The notes under the pieces were generated by a model that searched no databases, was not told where the DNA came from, and saw nothing but the letters and a program-made list of their open reading frames with translations. From the IMG/VR virus record IMGVR_UViG_2547132272_000002, positions 1-5,711 of that record: a stretch of DNA of 5,711 bases, one strand, 5' to 3'. A program made the translations under genes and the position numbers. Each line of letters opens with the position of its first letter. The stretch's first letter is position 1. The stretch comes from a virus (taxonomy: Duplodnaviria; Heunggongvirae; Uroviricota; Caudoviricetes). Positions 1 to 5,711 of the stretch are shown here, piece after piece.

Positions 1-371
1 TCGCCGCAGCGGTTTATCCCCACCCGGAACGCTCGCGGCTCCGTAATGGTGATGGTGTAGCCCAGGCTGGCGGCAAGGCTCTTAAAGTAAGGGATTGACA
101 GCCCACCTGTGGCGGCCATCCTGACCAGGATGTTCTGCCGCCGCTCCTGTTGTGTTGCTCCTTCACGGGGGACAATGCCGTACACGCGCTCCCAGTCGGA
201 CAGCGTCATCGATGCCTGCAATGGGGTGATTTGTGCCAGAACGCTTGCCGCTGATGCCTTCACGGCCTCCATGACGTCAGCCTCGGCGGTCAGCTCCGCG
301 GAAATATATTTCCCGTTCTGGTCATAACTGACAGGCGGCAGCATGGCGCGAAATAAATCGACCATATTCAT
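1..371 (-). CDS. Mu gp48-like tail/baseplate protein (DUF2313-type), N-terminal 123 codons; 3' end lies beyond the window
   Basis: Manual minus-strand translation from ATG at 371..369 is open to position 1 with no stop: MNMVDLFRAMLPPVSYDQNGKYISAELTAEADVMEAVKASAASVLAQITPLQASMTLSDWERVYGIVPREGATQQERRQNILVRMAATGGLSIPYFKSLAASLGYTITITEPRAFRVGINRCG. Not in the ORF track because it is truncated. Start lies 3 nt after the baseplate J stop (TGATTCATG) with a GAGGGG Shine-Dalgarno 6 nt upstream. Position directly downstream of the J-like gene matches Mu gene order. Confidence 0.65.
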   Translation of the reverse strand, partial: MNMVDLFRAMLPPVSYDQNGKYISAELTAEADVMEAVKASAASVLAQITPLQASMTLSDWERVYGIVPREGATQQERRQNILVRMAATGGLSIPYFKSLAASLGYTITITEPRAFRVGINRCG

Positions 372-374
372 GAA

Positions 375-1454
375 TCACCCCTCACGCGGAAAAGGCTGAA
401 TATCAATATTTCCCGGGCGCAGCCATTCCCACGTTGACGCGTTAATAATGGCTTTTACATTGTCTGCTGGCGTAATGATTCGCCGGTCACTGACACCGGA
501 AATTAATGAAATCTGGGTTTCCAGTTGTGAAATAATTAATTCCTGCCCCGGCTCCAGTCGGTTCATAAAATCCGTGATAACGTCAGTTATCTGCGGTTTT
601 ATCTGCTCAACGGTCAGGCCGCTGGTTTTTACCCGAACAACGAAATCAACGGCTTTTTTCGTCGGGGCCAGTACCATTGTGTCCTTCGCTGTGACCGGGC
701 GGACTTCCTCAATATGCGCCAGCACGGCATTAATCAGTTCCTGCGAAGGGAGGTCATTGGCTGACGTAATGGCCACATCAACCGTCCCCAGCCCACGACG
801 TAACGGCTCCACATACGCAGACGTAACGCCATCCACTTCCAGCGCCCAGCGTTTGTAATCATATTTGTTACCGCCAGCGGGCGGCCTGCGCAGAATATCC
901 AGATAACGCGCCAGCAGGTCGGCGTCGCTTTCCCTGTCCGTTCCGCCGGTCAGGGATTTAATCGTCACCGTGCTGTTGATGCCTTCCGGCGGGCTGACCA
1001 GCGTTGCCGTCTGCGTCGTGGATGCATTCGTCTGTGCACCCGTGGCGGTGCTTTTTACCGTCACCTCCGCACTGCCTTCATCACCGATGGTGCAGTCTGC
1101 TGTGGTGGCCACGCTGACACCTTCACCACGAATTTCCGCACCAGCTGGCAGCGTCTTACCGGGTGTGCCGGTAATCACCACCGGACCGGATGAGGCTGTT
1201 GCTTTTTTACGAAAAACATTGCGCGTGCGACAGTGCAGCTCCAGATATTCAGGGTCTGCCGTGTCAGGGAACACCTGACGGAGTATCCACCCCTGATGCA
1301 TATACAGCCCGTCCGCCACGCCGGATACGGCACTGGCACGAATGCGGTAATCGCTGTCAGCGCCGGTGTCGATGGTTTCTCCCGGCAGGGCGTTAGCGAT
1401 ATCACGTAGCTGGCGTTCTGTGTTTTCAGCAACGCCCGGAACAGGAAACGGCAT
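375..1454 (-). CDS. Baseplate J-like protein (Mu gp47 family)
   Basis: 359-aa ORF. Size and sequence character fit the baseplate J family and it sits between the gp46-like and gp48-like genes as in Mu. GAGGA Shine-Dalgarno 7 nt upstream of the ATG; ATG overlaps the upstream gene's TAA by 1 nt (TAATG). Confidence 0.8.
   Translation of the reverse strand: MPFPVPGVAENTERQLRDIANALPGETIDTGADSDYRIRASAVSGVADGLYMHQGWILRQVFPDTADPEYLELHCRTRNVFRKKATASSGPVVITGTPGKTLPAGAEIRGEGVSVATTADCTIGDEGSAEVTVKSTATGAQTNASTTQTATLVSPPEGINSTVTIKSLTGGTDRESDADLLARYLDILRRPPAGGNKYDYKRWALEVDGVTSAYVEPLRRGLGTVDVAITSANDLPSQELINAVLAHIEEVRPVTAKDTMVLAPTKKAVDFVVRVKTSGLTVEQIKPQITDVITDFMNRLEPGQELIISQLETQISLISGVSDRRIITPADNVKAIINASTWEWLRPGNIDIQPFPREG
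378..383 (-). promoter_or_regulatory. Shine-Dalgarno (GAGGGG) for the gp48-like gene
   Basis: Minus-strand GTGAGGGGTGATTCATG: GAGGGG sits 6 nt upstream of ATG 371..369, overlapping the end of the J-like gene. Confidence 0.45.
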
Positions 1455-1804
1455 TACATAATCCTCACAGGGTGTTCAAACGTCTGCAGTGTGCCCGCGT
1501 TATCCGTGACGGTGATTAACAGCAACAGCCAGCCGCGCTGACCCGCTTTCGTGTCAACGGTAATGGATTTTGCCCGCCCGTCATCAAGCAGGGGCTGAAG
1601 TGCCTGGCTGGCATACTGCGCCGCCAGCCTGTGAACACGGGAAACGTCTTTTTCCCGCTTCAGTTCGTGCAGGCGTGACCCCAGCGACGCATCCGCCCAG
1701 TAACTGCCAAGCGGTGTCGCCAGTCGCAGATAAACCGCGTTATGGAGTGTATAAATCCGGCGGCGTTCGTAGTCGCCGGTTGCAGGTGAAATCGTCTGGT
1801 CCAT
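1454..1804 (-). CDS. Small baseplate protein, Mu gp46-like (occupies the gpW/gp25-type slot between spike and baseplate J)
   Basis: 116-aa ORF (MDQTISPATGDYERRRIYTLHNAV...). Assignment is mainly by size and conserved position. Next in-frame upstream stop is at 1864..1862 and no alternative ATG or GTG lies between, so ATG 1804..1802 is the likely start despite a weak Shine-Dalgarno and hairpin occlusion. Confidence 0.6.
   Translation of the reverse strand: MDQTISPATGDYERRRIYTLHNAVYLRLATPLGSYWADASLGSRLHELKREKDVSRVHRLAAQYASQALQPLLDDGRAKSITVDTKAGQRGWLLLLITVTDNAGTLQTFEHPVRIM
1462..1466 (-). promoter_or_regulatory. Shine-Dalgarno (GAGGA) for the baseplate J-like gene
   Basis: Minus-strand CTGTGAGGATTATGTAATG: GAGGA sits 7 nt upstream of ATG 1454..1452, inside the 3' end of the gp46-like gene. 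Confidence 0.5.
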
Positions 1805-1825
1805 GCCGCCAGTCTGGCAGCATGG
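1801..1825 (-). promoter_or_regulatory. mRNA stem-loop (10-bp stem, 5-nt loop) that includes the gp46-like start codon
   Basis: Inverted repeat ccatgccgcc (1801..1810) / ctggcagcatgg-side arm (1816..1825) around loop 1811..1815. On the sense (minus-strand) transcript, CCAUGCUGCC-AGACU-GGCGGCAUGG pairs fully, including one G-U wobble that would be a C-A mismatch on the opposite strand. The AUG at 1804..1802 lies in the 3' arm. Confidence 0.4.
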
Positions 1826-1857
1826 ACAGGTCAGAATCAGGTGAGGGTGTTCAGCAC

Positions 1858-2511
1858 TTAATTATGCGGCAGGCCAGATATGCCGTGAGGGGTATCGTGT
1901 TTATGCGTTCCGATTTTAACGCCATTAATGGTGACGTCAACGGAGGTAATCACTCCACCCACATGGTTGATATCGCCTTCAAAGGTGGCAGTGTATCCCT
2001 TGCCCCCACTGATGGCCATGCCACCGTTGCCGGTGATTTTGCCTTCCACCGTCAGCTTGTCACTGGCTGTCAGTAACGGTGTTGTGAATGCGGCGCTTTC
2101 CTCTGCCTCAACCTCATAGCGTTTGCATTTCACCCGGTAAACGTCACAGTCCGTTTCAACAACCCGCCCGCGTTTCAGTACGATTTTCGCGCCTTCATCG
2201 GTATACAGGGCCACCTCGCCGGGCTTCAGTTCCGTCAGGCGATATGCGCCGTGCTCTGTGGCCACGACGACGGTATGGGATGTATTGCCATTCAGCGGAA
2301 CGGCAATACCCATTGAGCCGGGCGGCGGGGATGTGGTGAGGCCGTAATGCTGAAAATACTCCGCACCGTCCAGCTGTTCGCCTGCCAGCCCGTTAAGCTG
2401 AAGCAACTGTACTTTGGTCGAACTGTCCACCGTACCGGTCACCACCCTGAACGCCTGGCGAACGGCGGCTAGTGCCTGCTGTACGCGCTGATTAACCTTG
2501 TCCCACATCAT
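1858..2511 (-). CDS. Baseplate assembly protein V / central spike (Mu gp45-like)
   Basis: 217-aa ORF with Gly-rich beta-strand-like repeats (GNGGMAISGGKGYTATFEGDINHVGGVITSVDVTINGVKIG) and a His-containing tip (THKHDTPHG), typical of gpV-type spikes. Two tandem ATGs (2511..2509 and 2508..2506); the GGGAG Shine-Dalgarno at 2518..2514 is spaced better for the second, so the true start may be 2508. Overlaps the upstream gene stop (ATGA/TGATG). Confidence 0.8.
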   Translation of the reverse strand: MMWDKVNQRVQQALAAVRQAFRVVTGTVDSSTKVQLLQLNGLAGEQLDGAEYFQHYGLTTSPPPGSMGIAVPLNGNTSHTVVVATEHGAYRLTELKPGEVALYTDEGAKIVLKRGRVVETDCDVYRVKCKRYEVEAEESAAFTTPLLTASDKLTVEGKITGNGGMAISGGKGYTATFEGDINHVGGVITSVDVTINGVKIGTHKHDTPHGISGLPHN

Positions 2512-3719
2512 TTCTCCCAGACCTTAACAATAGCGACCTCTTTTTTCTTTTTGCCCCTGCGGTGATGGCGTTTCTTCTCGCGCGGGAAGGCGTCAGGTAT
2601 CCACACGCCGTCCTCCTTAAAGCGGAGCCGGGTTGTCTTCCCGTTACGGCCTCCGCTGAACTCACGCCCCATCAGGAAAAAGATGGCGTCGATGCCGTGG
2701 GGTTCGCTGACAATCCGCACACGCTGCCCGGGCTGCCACAGGACACCGTCCGCCGTGCGATGACCTGCAACCAGTGCGACGATATCCAGCCCCGACAGGC
2801 GGGCATCACTCATCATTTTTTTGGCGCGCCAGTTCACCTGCTCCATGTTACTGGTGTCGCCCTGGGTGATTATCTGCGGGCGGTAATAATCCACGGTGGG
2901 GTCGGTGGCCACGGCTTTCATGTTGTGAATGCCTGTCTGTCCATTATCCGTATTACCGCTGTCCTGCCCGGATAATGTGCGCACGCTGCCGTCCTCGTTC
3001 CAGATGTCCAGTGGCACCACGGCCACCTGTTTCTTGCTGTCTGCGCGGCGGGCGTGGCTCTGGGCCAGCACCGTCAGCTCGGAGAAACAGCCGTTAATGG
3101 ACCGGGTATCGTCCAGCTCCATCACGTTGTTCCCGGTGCCGTCCAGCTTCATAATCAGCGTGTCCACCGGCGTGGTGGTGTAGTCAGGGCCACCCACAAC
3201 CAGCGTCCCGTCAGGCTCAAACCACGGCCATAAGCCGCGACCGGCGGCAGCTTTAGCCAGTGCATCCCACGCACGCATCCCCGGCTCTATAACAACCTTG
3301 TCATTACGTGACACACCGGACGCCTGAATACGGATGCGCTGTATCCCCAGTGGTCTGACAATCCTGTCGATGACCTCGTCCAGTGTCAGCTGGTTGGCGC
3401 TGAACACCGGCGCGGCACAGTCCACCAGGATGGCGGCATCATCACGCCCGGACAGGGTCAGTGTGCAGTTCTGACGGGATACACTGCGGCGCACGCTGTC
3501 CACGCGACCACTGAGCACCGTCTCGTCTCCCACCTGCAACCGGACCGGCGCACCCCGGACGATATCCGCCGGGAACACCTTTTCAGGCAGTCCCAGCTGA
3601 AGCTGCCAGCCGTCGGCGGCTTTCAGGAAATCGCTGTCAATACGATAACTGCTCCAGTCAGAATGCGACCTTCCGGCAATGACCAGGCTGATTTTGTCGT
3701 CGTTATTTTGCATAGGCAT
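2508..3719 (-). CDS. Baseplate hub / tail protein, Mu P (gp44)-like, phage late control gene D family
   Basis: 403-aa ORF directly downstream of the N-like gene and upstream of the spike, as in Mu. Start is ambiguous between ATG 3719 and ATG 3713 (MPMQ...); GGTGA Shine-Dalgarno at 3727..3723. Overlaps the 3' end of the N gene by 17 nt in a different frame. Confidence 0.75.
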   Translation of the reverse strand: MPMQNNDDKISLVIAGRSHSDWSSYRIDSDFLKAADGWQLQLGLPEKVFPADIVRGAPVRLQVGDETVLSGRVDSVRRSVSRQNCTLTLSGRDDAAILVDCAAPVFSANQLTLDEVIDRIVRPLGIQRIRIQASGVSRNDKVVIEPGMRAWDALAKAAAGRGLWPWFEPDGTLVVGGPDYTTTPVDTLIMKLDGTGNNVMELDDTRSINGCFSELTVLAQSHARRADSKKQVAVVPLDIWNEDGSVRTLSGQDSGNTDNGQTGIHNMKAVATDPTVDYYRPQIITQGDTSNMEQVNWRAKKMMSDARLSGLDIVALVAGHRTADGVLWQPGQRVRIVSEPHGIDAIFFLMGREFSGGRNGKTTRLRFKEDGVWIPDAFPREKKRHHRRGKKKKEVAIVKVWEK

Positions 3720-5052
3720 TAATCACCATCCCGGCGGTTATGTTGTTCGGGTCACGCAGCTGCGGGTTCAGACGTTGCAGCTCTGCCGCACGGCTGTAAT
3801 CACCGTACCACTGCCACGCCAGCAACAGCAGACAGCTGTCCGCCTGCACCTGTTTCTGCGTCAGCGGTGGGCGGCGAGACAGAACCAGCAGGCCGACATC
3901 CTGCACGGATGCCGCCACGTTCTTCATGCTCTGAATGATTTCCGGGTACATCAGCCCCAGCGGTGATGCGGTTTCGGTTATCCGTTCGCGTTCGCCTTCA
4001 TAGCGTTCACGGAACAGCGTGATGGCTGCCTGTAAGCGGGTGCGCACATCCCCGACCAGTCGCCCGATATCCGCCGGTATAAGCTGCTCTGACTGGGCCT
4101 CATCTGACAGTATCGCCGTCGCCACGCTGGCCAGCTCTGAGGCTGCCAGAACCGCATATGCCGCTTTCACGTCCTGCACGTCTTCCACGGACGCATCCGG
4201 CGGAAGTGCCACAGACGGCGTTTTATCACCGCTGACCAGTGCGACCGGCAGCGCGACCAGCTCATCCATATCTGCCATCACCTCATTCCAGCAGGTCATC
4301 ACGGTCGCAGAACTGGCGACGCTGTCTTCTCCGGTCAGTCCGGTCGTGGTGGCGGAATCAGTACGCTCCAGCACCGGCACCGCGTGCCCGACATCTGATG
4401 AGTGGATTTCCAGCACCTCTGCCAGCCCGCCGATAAACTTTCCGGGTTCGCTGGCCAGCGACATCATATTGTCGATGGATGAGAGAAAATCGCTTTTGAA
4501 CGTCAGCAGGGTATTTACCAGCGTGGCGCGTACCGTCTGGATTTTTTTAATCACGCTGTTAATGGTCTTTAAAGGGGCCGTAACAGCGTCAAATAATTCG
4601 CTTAACTGTGCCAGTAACTTATCCAGTTCTTCAAATAACTGCTGTGCAAACAGCTCCGGTAACGGAGTGCTGAACAACGCGCTGCCGGTGCGGTTCTCCA
4701 GAAAACTCATGTCGATGGTGCAGCTGTCCGGGCTTTCTGCGTCATGGCGGATGCTGTAGCCGGTCACAATCACCGACGGTACGGAGCCATAAACCGGGTG
4801 AATCAGCTCACCATCACCGCCTTTATCCAGGGCGGCTATCAGCTTTTCAAGTTTATATTCGTAATATTCCCCCCACAGGAACGCCGTCATGCGGAACGGT
4901 CGCGCCTTGCGTCCGAGGTCGTGCAAATCTGCCCCGTCAACAAACGGGTATTCATAGACCGCATGGTCGCGGCTGATTTGCTCATCCGTGTTCAGTACAT
5001 CAAACTGCACACCGCGAAAGGAAGCGTTTTGCAGGTTTTCAGCCCAGCCCAT
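3703..5052 (-). CDS. DNA circularization protein N (Mu gp43-like)
   Basis: 449-aa ORF whose N-terminal region (MGWAENLQNASFRGVQFDVLNTDEQISRDHAVYEYPFVDGADLHDLGRKARPF...) resembles the DNA circularization N-terminal domain family. Strong GGAGG Shine-Dalgarno at 5066..5062, 9 nt upstream of the ATG. ATG overlaps the upstream stop by 1 nt (TGATG). Lies between tape measure and hub as in Mu. Confidence 0.8.
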   Translation of the reverse strand: MGWAENLQNASFRGVQFDVLNTDEQISRDHAVYEYPFVDGADLHDLGRKARPFRMTAFLWGEYYEYKLEKLIAALDKGGDGELIHPVYGSVPSVIVTGYSIRHDAESPDSCTIDMSFLENRTGSALFSTPLPELFAQQLFEELDKLLAQLSELFDAVTAPLKTINSVIKKIQTVRATLVNTLLTFKSDFLSSIDNMMSLASEPGKFIGGLAEVLEIHSSDVGHAVPVLERTDSATTTGLTGEDSVASSATVMTCWNEVMADMDELVALPVALVSGDKTPSVALPPDASVEDVQDVKAAYAVLAASELASVATAILSDEAQSEQLIPADIGRLVGDVRTRLQAAITLFRERYEGERERITETASPLGLMYPEIIQSMKNVAASVQDVGLLVLSRRPPLTQKQVQADSCLLLLAWQWYGDYSRAAELQRLNPQLRDPNNITAGMVINAYAK

Positions 5053-5711
5053 CAGTAAGTTCCTCCCGTGCCTCTGTTACCGTCCTGAAGGTTGTATTTA
5101 TTCACTGCTTCCGCCACGACCTGACCATCGAGCACCAGTTGTGTGGTGAAATTAATGGGGCTGGCAGGTGGTCCCCAGTGCGTGAGGTATTCCGGCTGGG
5201 TGATGCGTCCGGCTTGCGTTGATGCTGATTCAGGCGTTGTGTTTCCTGCGGCTTTGTTGACCTGCGCCGGTGATGGCAGGGCATCAGCTGCGGCTTTTTT
5301 CCTGTCTTCCTCCCAGCGCCTCAACCACTCCTCGTTTTCGGTGGAGTAGCCTTCCCCAAACTGCCACCACGGCTGGTATTTTTTACGGGCGGCGTCGATG
5401 ATTTCCTGGGGGTATCGGGCACGGATGCGCTTCCAGCGTTCTTCGCTTCCTTCGACGGCGGCGTCTTCTTCCGGGCTGGTTGCGGTGGCCAGTGCCGTAA
5501 CGGTGCCACCGAAAGAAAGCAGGCTACCGGCAATGCCGGGGATTTTAAATCCTTTGCCTTTTTTGACCGTGTTTTCAATGACATCACCGACAACCTCGCC
5601 AGCCTTGCCACCGGGTTTACCCCCGGTCAGGATTTTGATCCCGGCCCATGTCAGAGCCGCTGCGGTCATCGCTTCAATGGCGGGGGGGGGGGGGGCGCCA
5701 CCCCCCGCGCC
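5052..5711 (-). CDS. Tail tape measure protein, C-terminal segment (5' end outside the window)
   Basis: Minus-strand frame is open from the window edge (5711) to TGA at 5054..5052; the ORF-track Met at 5669 is probably internal. Gly/Ala/Lys-rich sequence (GIKILTGGKPGGKAGEVVGDV..., ...NLQDGNRGTGGTY) and position immediately upstream of the N gene fit a tape-measure C-terminus. The outermost 30 nt are homopolymeric G/C and may be artefactual. Confidence 0.55.
   Translation of the reverse strand, partial: GAGGGAPPPPAIEAMTAAALTWAGIKILTGGKPGGKAGEVVGDVIENTVKKGKGFKIPGIAGSLLSFGGTVTALATATSPEEDAAVEGSEERWKRIRARYPQEIIDAARKKYQPWWQFGEGYSTENEEWLRRWEEDRKKAAADALPSPAQVNKAAGNTTPESASTQAGRITQPEYLTHWGPPASPINFTTQLVLDGQVVAEAVNKYNLQDGNRGTGGTY
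5062..5066 (-). promoter_or_regulatory. Shine-Dalgarno (GGAGG) for the N-like gene
   Basis: Minus-strand GGGAGGAACTTACTGATG: GGAGG sits 9 nt upstream of ATG 5052..5050. Confidence 0.5.
5682..5706. repeat. Homopolymer block: G14 (5682..5695), then cgcca, then C6 (5701..5706), at the 3' window edge
   Basis: Read directly from the sequence. On the coding strand the G-run becomes C14 and would translate as a proline run (PPPP) inside the tape-measure frame. Confidence 0.9.

Noticed and set aside
1801-1825. Hairpin after the spike gene as a Rho-independent terminator
   Set aside because: On the sense transcript the stem is followed by ACCAGACG..., not a U-tract, and it contains the start codon of the next gene, so termination here would remove an essential baseplate gene from the operon.
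1858-2511. Spike protein as a type VI secretion VgrG
   Set aside because: At 217 aa it is far too small for VgrG (no gp27-like domain), and it is flanked by phage N, P, gp46 and J homologues rather than T6SS core genes.
2538-2552. A-rich run in the hub gene 3' end as a programmed frameshift site
   Set aside because: The in-frame reading already ends at a stop that overlaps the next start in the usual coupled arrangement, and no extended alternative-frame ORF follows, so there is no evidence for programmed frameshifting.
109-5349. Plus-strand ORFs from the six-frame track (109..327, 448..858, 970..1278, 1190..1396, 1570..2076, 1928..2119, 2088..2339, 2562..2975, 2929..3183, 3679..3966, 4019..4759, 4239..4436, 4744..5058, 5143..5349)
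   Set aside because: Each lies antisense inside a well-supported minus-strand structural gene. Their translations are low-complexity Ser/Thr/Ala/Arg-rich strings typical of shadow frames in GC-rich coding DNA, and none has a convincing Shine-Dalgarno or a recognisable protein family.
1175-5611. Minus-strand alternative-frame ORFs 1175..1432, 5102..5284 and 5321..5611
   Set aside because: They are fully nested in other frames of the J-like and tape-measure genes, with Arg/Pro/Ser-rich low-complexity translations; no support as independent genes.
1-5711. CRISPR arrays, tRNA/rRNA genes, IS elements, integrase or att sites, toxin-antitoxin or defence cassettes
   Set aside because: No direct-repeat/spacer periodicity, no tRNA-like structures and no terminal inverted repeats were seen. 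Coding density on the minus strand leaves no unexplained intergenic space apart from the 53-bp spacer at 1805..1857.

Overview
The whole window is one tightly packed minus-strand operon of phage tail and baseplate structural genes with Mu-type gene order. Read in the direction of transcription (high to low coordinate) it runs: tape-measure C-terminal segment (partial, open to the 3' window edge), DNA circularization protein N (Mu gp43-like), baseplate hub P (gp44-like), central spike V (gp45-like), small baseplate protein (gp46-like), baseplate J-like (gp47-like), and the start of a gp48-like protein (cut by the 5' window edge). Gene junctions are overlapping or within a few nt (TGATG, ATGA, TAATG, a 17-nt overlap); the only real intergenic spacer is 53 bp at 1805..1857. 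I see no rRNA, tRNA, CRISPR array, IS or integrase, and no room for cargo genes, so I find no evidence of a novel defence or accessory system here; this looks like an ordinary Mu-like tail module in a prophage or tailocin. All annotations rest on my recognition of the translated proteins and gene order, not on a database search. The points worth a second look are an RNA hairpin that buries the gp46-like start codon, a G14/C6 homopolymer block at the 3' window edge inside the tape-measure reading frame, a His-rich spike tip, a very basic C-terminal tail on the hub protein, and an AT-richer patch in the 3' part of the baseplate J gene.
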